Shown: positions 47,691 to 61,477 of the stretch, in pieces
Numbering within the stretch: position 1 is the first letter of the stretch
How the letters are laid out: each line of letters begins with the position of its first letter
Assembly (NCBI GenBank): GCA_052327205.1
Contig: CM126212.1
Coordinates: 182,404,001-182,468,000, forward strand
From: Somniosus microcephalus
Taxonomy: Eukaryota
Reading direction: 5' to 3'
DNA length: 64,000 nt
Position numbers and translations under genes: made by a program
The notes under the pieces: generated by a model
What the model was told of the DNA's origin: nothing
Databases searched by the model: none
The model's input: the letters and a program-made list of their open reading frames with translations, nothing else

Positions 47691-50600
47691 GATACATGCT
47701 TTCAGTCAATACTTTAGAAATGCCTGAGCTACTACAGTTTCACAAAACTAAAATGTTTAAGAACTGTAAAATGATTCTTTTTGTAACTTCACAATTTAAA
47801 AAAAAAAAAAAAAATCAATAGAAATACCAGTGCAGCAAATAATTGCATACTGACATGATTATTTTTATCTTTTTAAGTGAGACTGAGTTGACCCACTGAT
47901 TTTAAATTTTTTTTTTAAATCTTCAAAATGTGTTTGCTCAAGAGCACTTTACTTACCCTCTCCAACCCCCATTTTCAACCTTGTGTACGAGAGAAGTTCT
48001 TTTTCATGTGCAAATTATTTTTAAAACACTAGGCTGGTACAATCGTGTATTTTCTTCCCGTAATAGGTGAAATTGACGAGATGGTTTTACCAACTAGTGT
48101 TAGTGCCATTGAATGCAGCAGTTCTGAACAGACTCAGTGTTGCACTTAAGTTATAAGTTTTTAATATTCAGTATTGTCTAATGTTAAATTTCAGGTTATG
48201 CTAATCTATTATAACATTGCTGTAAAATATTCCAGTTGATGCCTTTTTTAAAGAATATTTACTGCTTGCTAGTTGGTGGTGAACAACATTATCGAGCTAA
48301 ATTGATGGAAAATTTTAGTAATTTGAAAAGGAAATAACTAGTTCACGAAAATCCGAACTAAAGATTGCAATTTGGGGGCTTCTGTTAGAACACATTGCAC
48401 AGTCCTAGATAAATATTGACGTCCAAGGTTCTTTCAGGACAAGCTTTTATCCTCTAGCTGGGGAATAAAAATGTCTGTCAGTTACCTTTTTTTGTAAGCC
48501 TACGATGGGTCAATACAGGTGGTGCAAATATGACATGTTTTTGTGTGAAGGAGCTTAACATATTGATTCATGCAGACACTAATCATTCACATCTCAAAGG
48601 GTAAGTTCATATGGAAGCTCAAGCTGGGAAAGATCTTCTCTGAAAGAATTTTTAGCATTCTGTTTATTAGTTTAGCACCTTTTTGTGCAATAACCTGGTT
48701 TAAAGAAAATTTAAATGTAATTTATTCTAAAATATATGAAAGTGTATTGAACTTATTGGACCATTCTTAATGGCTTAAAACTCCACCTGCAAATATTTTT
48801 AACGCCCTAAGTTATTTGTGGACAACAATTTTTATTACTTTCAGCTTTTTATTTTTCTTCAACTTATTCTCAATCTAACTCTTATGCTTTTCATGGTGTG
48901 AAAATGCTTAATTGACATTTTTGTAAGAAACTCTTTGGCATTTTACCAACGTCCTTTCTAAATGTGATCACCTTTTTTAAAACTCTTTTTCACCTTTGTG
49001 CAGGCTAAAAAAGATAAACAAACCTATGAGGTTCTCTTTTCTTGAAGTGAAGTTTGGGGATCTATAAGGTCCTTGGTTATGAATTAATGAAGGAATATTG
49101 TCTCTGAATGCAGAAGAAACTAATATTGAGGGAGTTCACCACTCATTTAAAATCTTTATTTTGGAATTATGCTAACACTAATCAAAAACTGAAGGAAACT
49201 AAGGCCCCATTCTGGGAGATTGTCTTGCATGGTGAAGTCACAGGATCGGAGTTGTTGACACTCGCACAGGTGGGGCTTGGCCTTTACCACCCAACCTTGT
49301 ACCTGTTCTTTTACAAGTGCTGACCCTAAATTCTGAGTGGTGAAAACAGACCCAGGGCAGTACAGCAATCAGTTCAAACAAGAAAGAGGTGCCTATTATG
49401 TTGCAGAAAAAAATGCTTCTGGTGTTTATGCTGTTTGTTCCCAGTATCACTGACTGAACACAAGACTGAAAAGCTGTTTGGGAATTTGAAAATTGAATCT
49501 GAATTCTTCTCACGTTTAGCATACCTGCACTTCCTGATGATTTATAATATTTTGGACACTTAAAATAACATTTTGGAAGAACATATCATTGCCTCAATTG
49601 AAGACCTTTTGTACCTGCAAGCACTTGCTGCTGATAGAGTAGGTATGAATTAGAATGAAATGGGTACCTGCAACAAAAATTGATAAGTCAGTTGAGAAGC
49701 CAATCTTCAGTTCGTACCTTTTTTACAATACAGCCTGTTCTGATATTCTGGAGGTTGTGGATCTTCCATACTTTTGCATTCATTAAAATTATTACTGAAA
49801 GGTATGAGAATTCAATGTATACAGTCACTGAACAGGGTTATTCTAATAGAAAACGATTAGAATGTCATGCCTGATTGAGGCAGGACTGTTACCAATTGAG
49901 CCAAGCTGATGCCTTGAATGAGGCTATATGAGACGGTAAGTTTATAAAACCGTTCCATACACAATATGGGATCAGTCCTTTGGGAACTACTGACAAAAGA
50001 AAAAGTATAGCATGGCACAGGAGGGAGGTCTTAGCATGATATTAAATATGGTATCAGAAGTCTAGTAGAATGGGAGTATCGTACTGTTGGGTAGGATTAG
50101 GACCCATTCAAGATAAGGTATACCTGACTTTTTGAAAATGTCCAGCATTTCTTTATTCTCCCTCTTTTCACCCCCTTCCCTGCAGACATTCTCACCATTG
50201 CAACTTTAATCCATAGAAGTTTTATGCAAAATAAAAAGTAAAATATTTTAATCTAGTGTTCAGAACACAGAATCCTCTTTCAGCCATTGAGTTGTTGCAT
50301 GTCCTGTTTAGCATACTGCAGATAGACTACATTTATATAAAAGTAACTTTGGGTACTCTGTGCTAAGTTTTTGATTTTAAAAAATTGACTAGGGCTGGAG
50401 AAGGCGGAAAACTGCATTGCAGATATTTTTTTCTAATTTGGCCAAGCAGTTATCCTTCCATTGCTGTGATTGATAAAGCTACACATATACTAAGAGGTTG
50501 TATTTACTTTGGACTAGGATGATCTGAACTAGAGGTATGCTGATTTTTAAATTGTACAAAACATTCCGAATTTCTAAAACCTCTCATAATTAGGTGCTTA

Positions 50601-50709
50601 ATCAAAGGTATCAAATGACTTGCTCTTACTGTACCTTCTCCAATGTCAGGTTCTGCCCGTTGTAGTATTGTGCACCCTACTAAAGGTGGGGTTGGACCTG
50701 TGCTTTTAT

Positions 50710-51545
50710 TTAAGTTTGTTATCACTTCCTGGAACATGCTCTATCCTTCTTGCTGTACAGCGTAAATATCTTGTTTGCTTTCTTTACCGCTGCTACATAC
50801 TTTGATGATTTCAGCAAGTTATCAATGAGTACCCACATACATCTGTCAAGTGTTGTATCTTGTATGCCAGTGCAGTTTAATTTATTCCTGTACTGCTTAT
50901 TCCCTTTCTCCAGACTCATCATTTTGCAATTATCCATATTTAAATGACATCTGCCATTTTGCAGCTCAATTTCTTAATCTACTGAATCCCTCTGTATTTC
51001 ATCCTAATATTTACAACCCTCCACTTTGTTTCTGTTAATTATGTACTTTGGAAACAACAGCTAGATCATGGATCCCTGAGGTACTTGTGTAGGTCATTTC
51101 TTCTCATGCTGATGTAGCTCCATGTAGGCCTACCCTTTTATTTACTCGATTTAGTCAAGTTCTGATCCACTTCAAATCCTTCCTTTCCACCTTCCTTCGC
51201 ACTTTTGGAACAGTCTCCTGTGTAGCATTATTTCAAAGGTTTGCGACAATAAAAATATTTAACGTTGAGTGAGTTCCTCTTGTCTGCCGGTCTGTGAACT
51301 TTTTCAAAAGGATTCCAGTAGAATACTAGGGCATGACCTTCCTCCCATAAATCATTGCTGACACATTTATTCCATTATTTTTTTTGTTTCATTATTCCCT
51401 CGTTCCGGATGCCTCTAATGTTTTATCTACTAGAGATATCAAGCCGTAGTTCCCAGGGTTACCTTTTTAAAAAAAAAAAAAAAAAAAATTGGCACTGCAT
51501 TTATCCTCCTTCAGTCATTTCAATTTTCAGTGATTGACTTGCCAG
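50710..51545 (-). mobile_element. Very old CR1 RT fragment
   Basis: Minus strand AAVKKANKI and QMSFN remnants, aggaaggtcatgcc, cctggcaag. Confidence 0.5.
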
Positions 51546-52769
51546 GATGTGACCAATTTTCAATAGCTACTTTTTTGATTTTATCATTTCAGATCCTGTT
51601 CAGAAGTATGGTGATACTAAAATGCATTTTAAGCTTATCGATTGGCAAAGATGAACTGTAAACTGGGCAAACTGCACAAGAGACCACACACTGGAAATTA
51701 CTTTTTTGGATGGTTCCTAAAAATTTACTTTTAAATTATTTGATTACTCAAATTAGTTGGCAAAATACTATGGTATACATTTAAATTTATAGTTTATGTA
51801 CTGCAGTAGTTATAAATTAAATTGGCAGTGCTTTGTAGGTGTGAAATTGAATGGGAAGAATGGTTTATATATGATTTTTTTAAAAACTTTTACAGTTCGT
51901 ACCAATTGTCATTCTCTACCCACCCCCACTCTTCAAATCCTTCTTTAATTTAGTGAATTGCCTGGTTTTCCCCTCTTTAATGTAATGCAGCAGGTGGTGT
52001 TAACGGTACATTGCACAAGACTCGTGCTAGGTCTGCTGGTTCTTGAAGGTGAATCTTGCACAGCTGGCTGCAAACTGAATGTAAAACTGCCAGGACTTGC
52101 TAAAACCAGCAGTAAGGAAGAAATTTTCCCCCTCTCCCCATGTTCTCACCTTTTTAATTTGTTGTGGCTTCTCCCTTCTCTTACCACCTTAACCACTTGT
52201 CTATGCTCTTGTTTTTTTTAACATCTTTACATTGTATCACTTTAATATCATAAGTTTGCAATTCTTTGAATCCATTAATTCCCCTCTGATTTGATTATCT
52301 GTTGTTTCTTTCCTTTTTCTCTGATTCCCCCCTCAACATTACTAAATTGCTTGCTTATCTTTTAGTTTTTGATTCTGGTGATGAGTATACACCAGAAACA
52401 TTCACTTGTCCTTTCTCTTTATAAATTGTGATTTAATTTATATATTTCTCATTTTCTGTTTTTATTTGAGTTATAACCTTAAAGCTGGTACATTCAGTGT
52501 GACCATTTCTCTATCTGCTTTGGGAATGATTTTGCAATTACATGTTTATTTCAAAATTATGCTAAAGCATTCTTGTAAAAAACAAAGTTGAGAACATTAC
52601 ATATGCTTCCAGCAATTATTATAAAATCTTCTGTCTGATGCATTGTCTTATAAGGACAAGAGTATTGTACCATATATTCTACTGCTGAGGTAAAGTTGTA
52701 CTTTTTTAGGGCCGCAAAGTCCAGTTGTAAATACAGCCATGAGTCCATTTGGAGTTTAATTTGAGGGAA

Positions 52770-53212
52770 AGCAACAACAACAGCTTGTATTTATATAGTG
52801 CCTTTTAACATAGTAAAACGTCCTAAGGCACTGCACAGGAGTATTTTAAGACACAAAATTTTACACCGATCCACATAAGGATATAAATTAGGGCAGGTGA
52901 CCAAAAGCTCGGTCAAAGAGGTAGTTTTTAAGGAGCGTCTTAAAGGTGGACAGGTTTAGGCAGGGAATTCCAGAGCTTAGGCAACAGAAGGCATGGCCAC
53001 CAAAGGTTGAGCAATTACAATCCGGGATCCTCAAGAGGGCAGAATTAGAGGAGCGCAGATATCTTGGAGGTTGTGGGGCTGAAGGAGATTACAGAGATAG
53101 GAAGGGGCGAGGCCATGGAGGGATTTGAAAACAGGGATGAGAATTTTGAAATCGCGGCGCTGCTTAGCTGGGAGCCAATGTAGGTTAGCGAGCACAGGGG
53201 TGATGGATGATC
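52770..53212 (-). mobile_element. L2 3' end with (ttg)n tail
   Basis: aacaacaacagcttgtatttatatagtgcc tail, with a body homologous to 29830-29910. Confidence 0.7.
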
Positions 53213-53224
53213 AGGTTAACAAAG

Positions 53225-54310
53225 CCATGACAAGCCATAAAAAATGCAAACAAAGCACCGTGGTTCATTTCTAGAGGAATAGAATTCAAAAGTAGTGAAG
53301 ATATGTTAAACTTATATGGAACCTTGATTAGACCACACTTTGAGTACTGTGCACAATTGTGGTCTCCATTTTATGTAAAGGATACAGAAGCACTGGGGGC
53401 AGTACAAAAGATTTACAAGGATGTAAACCAGAACTGAGGGGGTACAACTATCAGCAAAGACTGAACAGAAAATAGAGTTGGTCTGATGGAGGCCTTTAAA
53501 ATTATGAAGGTGTTCGATAGGGTAAAAGTAAAGATGATTCCACTTGTGAAGGAGTCCAAAAAACTAGGGACCATAAATATAAAATAGTCACTAATCAATC
53601 CAGTATGGAATTCAGAAGAAATGTCTTTATTTAGAGTGGTGCAAATGTGGAACTCGCTACCACATGGAGTGGTTGAAGCGAATAGCATAGATTGATTGAA
53701 TGGGAAAGTTAGATAAGCATACAAGGTTTGATGGGGGAACAGCAGCTCCTGTAGGTGAGTGAGCAACTAAACAGTCTGGGTTACTGGATGTATGGGGGAG
53801 TTACAGGGGGGTATGATAGAGTTCAAGATCATGAAGGGTTTTGAAAGAGTAGATGGGAGAAACTGTTTCCAGTGGCAGAAGAGTTGATAACCAGAGGGCA
53901 CAGATTTAAGGTCATTGGCAAAAGAACCAGAGGTGACATGAGGAAACTTTTTTTTTTTGCTCAGCGAGTTATGGTAATCTGGAATGCACTGCCTAAAAGG
54001 GTGGTGGAAGCAGATTCAGTATTAACTTGCAAAAGGGATTTGGATAAATACTTAAAGGGGAGAAATTTGCAGGACTATGGAGAAAAGCAGGAGGAGTGGA
54101 ACTAATTGGATCGCTCTTTCAAAGAGCTGACACAGACGGGCATGATGGGCTGTATGGCCTCCTTCTGTGCTGTATGATTCTATGATTCCATGATACCGTA
54201 TATTGATAGGGTGAGGTGAAGTAAGGTGGGAGGAGGCTCGTGTGGAGCATAAACACTAGCCGAGACCTATTGGGCCGAATGGCCTGTTTCTGTGCTGTAA
54301 ATTCTATGAA
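53225..54310 (+). mobile_element. Cluster of CR1 3' fragments (nested)
   Basis: RPHFEYCAQLWSP and TRGHRFKVIGKRTRGDMR..IWNALPKRVVEAD, with (tatgattc)n and ttctatga tails. Confidence 0.7.
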
Positions 54311-55464
54311 ACTTAACCCTAGAATGTGCTTGTAACTTTTTGGCTCCAGTTCAATGACTGCCTTTCTGTTTGTTACAGATTGTTTTACGTCTTTAACAAT
54401 GTGTTGCTGTCTGGCGTGTGAGCGAAGTGTGTTAGTGTATCTTCCCACCACGGAGTGGAAAATGGATCTATTTTGAGTTGCTTACTGGAGGGTGGGGTGG
54501 TGGGGGTTTTATTGGATAATTGGTTTGTCTGATGTAACTGTTATCATACTTGTAGGCCAGTTATATATTCTGTGTTCAGGAGTATAGTGTGAAGATGAGA
54601 AATTATTTAAAGGGAATTGTATTTGAATAGACAATTCTGTGCAGTAGGCCTGCAGGTGCATTCTGCACATTGTACTAAGAAATGGAATGTCTTATACCTT
54701 GTTCAGTAATTTCTTTATTCTTGGTCCAAGCGCACACTTGGGCAAGGTGTAGTTACCCGTGATTGAGGAATGATGTATAATAAGTTCATCGAAAGAGAGT
54801 CAAAATAAACATCTGTGTTTAGATTAGACTTTCTGTACAAATGAATTTATAGCCATAAAAATTTTTTTTCCATGAAACTGGGATTGGCCTTGTGCAAAAC
54901 ATTTTTCAACTTCATCTTGCCTTCTCACACCATTTTTGAAAGGTCATTTTGTTGGTTTTCATGGTAGATAAAAGTAAGTTTGTCTAGCTGTAGGAACATT
55001 ATGGCTTCTTGTGGGTTAGTTTAAAACTTTCCAATTGCTCCAGTTTACATATTGGTGAGAGGTGGAATGTGTGCCAAAGTTCATAAATAATGGCTGCAAT
55101 GTATTGCAATGCACTATAGTCTACTCTTCCTAATTTGAAGTTGCTTAATTTGAATTATCTGTTAATTCGAATTGAAACTGCAAAGATGCCTTCTTTGCTG
55201 TTTTATTTAAATTGCTTAATGCAAATTGCTGGTTAATTCATTATTTTTGAGCAAAAATTTACTTCATACTAATAGGAGTACACTATTACATTGTCCTTTG
55301 AATATAGTATGAGTTGGACTTGTGATTAATGCTATTTGTGTGTGGTCTTTTATTCTGACCTGTTTAGTATTGTCAGAGAAGGATTAAGAATTTTTTCTTA
55401 AATGTTTTCATGTTACTCTGCACTACTTATATTTCACTCGCATTATTTGGGACTGGTTTAAAGT

Positions 55465-55980
55465 TTTGTTTTCAGGATGTGGGCAACTCTGGCAAGGCCA
55501 CATTTATTGCCCATCCCTCGTCCTGCGAAGGTGTTGGTGGACCTTTTTTCCTTCTCCTTCAACTGCTGTAGTCCTGGTGGTGATGGTGCTCCCAGGTGGT
55601 GTTGGGTAGGAAATGCTTGGATCACGAAGGAACAGCGATTTATACATCCAAGTCTGAATGCTGTGTAACTTGGAGATGGTAGAGGTCGCAGGGGAAGCAA
55701 GTGTTATTGGAAGAAACCTTCAATTGATGCACATCCTGTAGATCATGCATATTACAGTAACAGTATGCCAGTGGTGGCGAGTGAATATTAAACATGGTGC
55801 TGGGTACTAATCGAGTGATCCGGTCTGTCCAGGATGGTGTTGAGCTTCTTGAGTGTTGTTGCGGCTGCACCCAGTCGAGTGGTGGATGTTCTGTTATACT
55901 GCTCACTTGTGCATATAGATGGTGGTGAGGAAGTAAGCCACACATTGCAGAGTACCAGACTCTTGCTGTGTCTGGTGGAC
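55465..55980 (-). mobile_element. Diverged 3' fragment of the 30146-33298 LINE family
   Basis: ggatgtgggcaactctggcaaggccacatttattgcccatccct tail and AATTLKKLNTI. Confidence 0.65.
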
Positions 55981-56004
55981 ACAGCCACTTTGTTTAGACT
56001 CCAT

Positions 56005-56774
56005 GGGCAGGATTTTCATTGGGCCATGGAGGCGGGATTGGAGGTGTGTGTGGGGGGGTTAAAATCTCGATCGGGGGGCACGAACCCAACCCGCCTCCAT
56101 GCCAGTTTCAAAGGAGGCGGATACGCAGCCTGTGCTGGGACCCGCCTCCCCGAGGCAGGAAGGGGATTAGTGCCAATTAACTGCCTGTTAACAGGTAGTT
56201 TTTAGCCTAATCCCTATTTTTATTGCTGAAGTGTGGGATTCCCAACGGCTCCAAACCACGCCAAGTTAGCGAGGCGGACCGTCAGGCTGAAGGGCTTGGA
56301 GGGTTCGAGATGTCCGGTGTTCAGGTGAGTGATGGGTGCATGAGTGCAGAGGTAAGTATGTTTGGTGTGTGTAAAGTGTTTAAAGACGTTTTACTTGCCT
56401 TTACAGCCTTCTTTCCTTCAGATCTCGGGAGTTCCTCATCTCACCGGCACAGAAAGCAGAATGGCCGCGGGCTGTCAAAAGTTGCAGCATTCAGCTTTCT
56501 GTTCTGGAGAGATCTCTAAATCAGCCTGAGAGGAAGGAATTAACTTGGTGTACAGATTGTCAGTGTTTGACAGCTTCACAGAACTTTTGACAGATGAAAT
56601 GTCAATCTGTGACGTCACCTGTTGCTGGGTGGCCCTTAATTGGCCTGCTGAGCCCGCCACAAGGTCAATCAAGTGAAAATCGCGTGGATTGGCCACAACT
56701 CGATTAAGGCGAGACTACAACCCTGAAAGTTGTAGTCCCGCCTCCTACACGCCTCCAGTATCAAAATCCAGCCC
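56005..56774. mobile_element. MITE, PIF/Harbinger-like (770 bp)
   Basis: TIRs GGGCAGGATTTT and AAAATCCAGCCC (11/12), 3-bp TSD cat at 56002-56004 and 56775-56777. Confidence 0.72.
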
Positions 56775-56974
56775 CATGTATGGTACATTTTCTGAAAATC
56801 ACGTTAAACTTTTTTTAGAAGCAGTGCTTAATTATATTTTTTTTGATTTTTAAATGGAAGAAATGAATAAAAGGGTCGGAAGAGGCTCGTGTGGCGCGTA
56901 AAGGCGGCATATATCAGTTGGGCGAAGTGGCCTGTTTCTGTGCTCTATGTAACTCAAAAATGAACCATCTTGTA

Positions 56975-57245
56975 TAGTACTGAGCCATACAGATCAAGAA
57001 GCCTCTAGGTTGGCGGTGGTAGTGAGGATGAAATGATTTAATCTTAGCCTCTCCAGACAAGAAGTGGAAAACCAGCAATAGTCCCTGGTCCTTATGGCTA
57101 ATGCTTGCCCCTGTCTGCAAGTTATGTTTTGCAGACAACTAGTGAGGCCAGGATTACACTCTGTTGTGATGCCCTCCACAGTAGAATAGCATACAAATGC
57201 TCACTAACTCAATTAACATCTGTAGAATGGCCACTTTAGTATGAC
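56975..57245 (+). mobile_element. Old LF-SINE-like SINE, degenerate
   Basis: actgagccatacagatcaagaag...tgtgatgccctccacagtagaatagc, related to 2420-2720. Confidence 0.45.
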
Positions 57246-57254
57246 ACTGGAATA

Positions 57255-58240
57255 TAAAATTAGGCCAGTTAGCTCCTCGAGTCTATTACTATTCTGTTCG
57301 ATCATGGCTGACCTGTACAATTCCGTTTACCTGCTTTTTCTCCATATCGCTTGATTTCCTTAACGAAACAAAAATCTCTCTTCAGTCTTTTTTGACCCAA
57401 AATCCACAACCTTTTGGCGTAGAGTTCCAGATTTTCACTGCTTTTGTGTGGAAAGAGTGCTTTCTAATTTTAACTCCTAGATGGCCTAGCTCTAATTTTA
57501 AGATTGTGTCCCCTTGTTCTGGATTCCCCCACCAGAGGAAATGGTTTCTCTGCACCTACCAAATATGGATATAGGAATATGGCAGGCAGGAAAAGACTAG
57601 CTGGTCCATCAAGCCTGTCCCACACATGATGCCTGGCGCATCATTACTGGACACTCCCTCCTCTCCAGCAGCCATCTAATGATAGAATCAAAAAGCATAG
57701 AAGGAGGCCATTCGGCCCATCGTGCCTGCGCTGGCTCTTTGAAAGTGCTACGCAATTAGTCCCACTCCCGTGCTCTTTCCCTGTAGCCCTACGTATTTTT
57801 TTCCTTTTTCAAGTGTATTTATCCAATTCCCTTTTTGAAAGTTACTATTTAATCTACTTCCACCACCCTTTCAGGTAGTGTGTTTCAGATCATCACTACA
57901 TTAAAAAAAAATAATCTCATCTCTCCTGTAATTCTTTCGCCAATGTCCTTAAATCTGTGCCCTCTGATTACTGACCCTCCTGCCAGTGGAAACCGTTTCT
58001 TCTTATTCATGCAATCAAAACCCAAAAACCCAAATCTCTCGAGAGGCAAAAAACGCTCTGTCATTTTAAACAGCTCTATTAAATCCCTCCTCAACCTTCT
58101 AAGCTCAAGGGAATACATGCCAAGTTTATGCCACCTGCCCTCCTAATTTAACCCATCATTCTGGTGAATCTGCACTGTACCACTCCCAAGGCCAATATAT
58201 CTTTCCTGAGATGGGTGCCCAAAACTGAACATAGTAATCC
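57255..58240 (-). mobile_element. Cluster of minus-strand CR1 3' fragments
   Basis: YSLELRRLRRDLIELFK...RGHRFKDIG and several CR1 tails. Confidence 0.7.
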
Positions 58241-59804
58241 AGGTGTGTGTGTCTCTCTCTCTCTCTCTCTCTCGTTCTTTCACTTTCATTGCCAAGTTCT
58301 CAGACACTGGGAGAGTTCTTTGGTCAGGCTTCTGTGTGTTTACCTTTTATTCTGTAGAGGTGTTTTATTGCAGGCAGGTTATTGCTGTTCTTTGATTCAC
58401 CATTTTCCATATATTGCCAATAAAAATGTAGATTGCATGTGATGAAAGCTCTTGATGTGTGCATTTCTAAAGTAGATAAAGTTTTGGAATTGAAATACAA
58501 CTTTATTACACTTCATATTAAAACTGAGGCTCCATTAGTCATAAATGAAATAACCTCGAAGGCAGAGTTGCATTATAAAGTATCTTATTTATTATTGCGG
58601 ATTCAGCATGCATAATGTGTGTTTGTTGATGGGACTCATTTTTATTATGAATGTGTTTTTATATTGTGCGTATTATTTCCATTTAAAAGAAAAATGAGGC
58701 ATTTACAGAAATAATTGTGCTGCTTGGATTTTGCATTCTTTGAGGATTTAAAAATAAGCATTGCATAAATGACATGACTGACATTTAATAAAAACCTTCC
58801 CAGCTCTTGTCAGGGTTACTGCTTGCACCAAGCTGCAGTTTTTATGCATATTATTCATACTGTTCATTTGTAGTGTTCAGGAAGAAGCCAAATCTTTTGG
58901 TTTGAAAGAATGAGAGTTCTTTTGACTCTAACTCCTTTCTTTCAACTACACCCCCTCCCCATAAAAGTGAGCCTAGAGAATGCTGTACAGTATATTGCTA
59001 ATTGGTAGCCTTCCACAATGTACCTTCAATAGCTCGTCTGAATTATTTGGACCCCTATCGCTGAAAATCAGAGGGATTAGTGTAACTGTTTTTTGCATCG
59101 CATATCTATGGCAGCAGTATTGGTGGTTTGCTATTGTAGTTGGCTTAATGTCAAGGCTATCGAGCAGAAGTTAATCTTTTCATTCAGTCCCTTTGATGTG
59201 GTTGGAAAGCTCCTCCTGCCTTATCTTTTCTTTCTCCTTGTTCAGATAGAGTAAGAACTTTATCACTGCACCTGTACCTGCACTGTGAGACACTGCTGTC
59301 CTTGAAAGAAACTCTGCTGGTAGAGGGAACAGTTAATCCTTTAATCTGATAGTGGAGTGAAGCAGGCAATACAAGATTGAAATCTAGTAACTGATTCTGA
59401 ATTTTATAGTCCAGGCCTCAATAACAATTGCATTCATTTCAGATTAGGAGTAGTGCTCAAAATGCAGATTTCCAGGGTTTATACCTGTGTATTCACCTTA
59501 GTTTTTTTCAGGGTAATGAGACTTGCTTAGTTCATGCATTGCGTTTTTTGTTTCCTGTAGATTTTGCAACACATGTTTAAGATATCCTGTTTTAAATCCC
59601 AGACCAGTTTGCACAGTTTATAGGTAGGAAGTGTTGCCCTGAATTGTGGTTGAAGCTAATCCTTCACAATTCATGTGTTAATCAGCTGGAGACAAATGTG
59701 AAATTGAAGCTTTGAAATGATGGCTTTAAACCCATTCACATTGGGCATCTATTCAGTTTTGGACATTGTACAGATTGAAATGGTGTGCTTGTTGTGTGAA
59801 ACAG

Positions 59805-60815
59805 GGGAAATGGATAGACCAAGAAACAGGCCAGTCAGCCTAACATTGGTGGGGAAGTTATTGGAAACCATTATCAGGGGCGAAATAAACTCTTCATTTG
59901 GAAAGGTATAGGTTAATTAAGGAGAGCCAGCATGGATTTGTTAAAGGCAAATTGTGTCTGATTAACTTGACTGAATTCTGAGGTAACCGAGAAGGTTGAT
60001 CAAGGTAGTGCAGTAGAAGTTGTATATATGGTCTTTCAGAAGGCATTTGACAAAGTGCCACACAGGAGGCTTGTTAAGAAGTTGGAAGCCTATGGAATTA
60101 CAGGGAAAGTGGCAGTATGAATAAGGAATTGGCTCAGTGACACGAAGCAGAGGGTGATGGTGGAGGATGGATGTTTTTTAGACTGAGGTGGTTTGCAGTG
60201 GTGTTCCCCAAGGGTCAGTTTTGGGTCCATTACTCTTAATTTTTATAAATGACCTAGACTCTGATGTAGGGAGAGCATTATAAAGTTTTCAGATGATATG
60301 AAACAATGTAGTAGATAGTGATGAGGCTAGAGTTCAGGATGACATACAGGATGGTGAAATGGCAGAAGCATGGCAGAAAAGTGTGAAGTGATGCACTGTG
60401 GGAGGCCTAATATGGAAAGACAGCATACTATAAATGGCACGATTTTGAAAGTGTAGATGAGCGGAGAGACCTTGGTGTCCATATAGACACATCGTTAAAG
60501 ATGGCAGGGCAAGTTGATAAGGTGGTTAAAAAAGCATGCGGGTTACTTGGGTTTATAAATAGAGGCATAGAATATAAAAGTAAAGCGATTATGCTAGAAC
60601 TTTATAAATTACTGGTTAGGCCTCAGCTAGAGTATTCTGGACAATTCTAGGCACCACACTTCAGGAAAGAGGTAAAGGCCTTAGTGGACAGAGGAGGTTT
60701 ACCGGAATGCTGCCAGAGATGAAGAACTTCTGTTAAGAGGATGGAAAAGTTAGGAATGTTCTCCTTTGAGCAGAGAAAGTTTAAGAGTTGACTTTATAGA
60801 GATTTTCAAGATGAG
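59805..60815 (+). mobile_element. Decayed CR1 RT fragment
   Basis: RPVSLTLVGKLLETII, QHGFVKGK, FQKAFDKVPH, GVPQGSVLGP remnants. Confidence 0.8.
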
Positions 60816-61161
60816 AGCTTTTTCTACATTTAAGGGTGCTATATAAATGCAAGTTGTTTTGAGCTTACGGTTGTCTGTAATACTGAAAATGTAGATGTAA
60901 CTTTTATGCACTGATCACTTGTACTTGTAAGTTTCTGGTGAAAGCAACAGTAATCAAAATCTACACCAAGAATGATTTGCTTTAAAGAAAATTGCTAGAC
61001 TTGTCACAGCTGACTGACATTCTTTCTAGACAACCAGCACAGTAGAATTTCCAGTCAGCTTGTAAAACCTGAGATTAGTTTACAATGTAATTGAAATAAA
61101 ATTGACAATATTAGCAGAGTTCTACTGAACAAAATCTGATTTCCACGTGCTTCTCTTACAG

Positions 61162-61233
61162 AAACCTGAGCTACAACAGACTGGCATCAATCGATCCCTC
61201 TGTTTTCACAGAATTACCCAACCTTCGTGAAGT
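61162..61233 (+). CDS. LRIG1: Coding exon 2 of LRIG1 (one 24-aa LRR: NLSYNRLASIDPSVFTELPNLREV)
   Basis: 72-nt phase 2-2 exon between ttctcttacag and gtaagt. Not in the ORF track. Closely resembles the remembered human LRIG1 sequence [24 protein letters not shown]. Confidence 0.9.
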
Positions 61234-61477
61234 GTAAGTATTGAACTTAATACCTTAATTATATTTTTTAAAGCTGAACTCTTAGATTTGTCTATTGTGA
61301 AGGTAACTATTAGATCTTCTGGAAATTTCCATGGGGCCATACCTCGCAAGTTTATCTTCAGTACTATCTTCCATAGCTTTGCTTACCTTTCATTCTGTCT
61401 GCTGCTGTTTTAAATATGGTAACTTGATTTTAAATGACAAAGTTCTATATAAGGTCTAATAAAATAATTTCATCACG

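Larger units (their letters stand above)
652..61161 (+). other. LRIG1: Intron 1 of LRIG1 (60,510 bp, GT-AG, phase 2)
   Basis: gtaagt at 652 and ttctcttacag ending at 61161. The spliced junction reads ...PAWVVYL-NLSYNRL..., a continuous LRRNT-LRR1 sequence. Confidence 0.82.
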
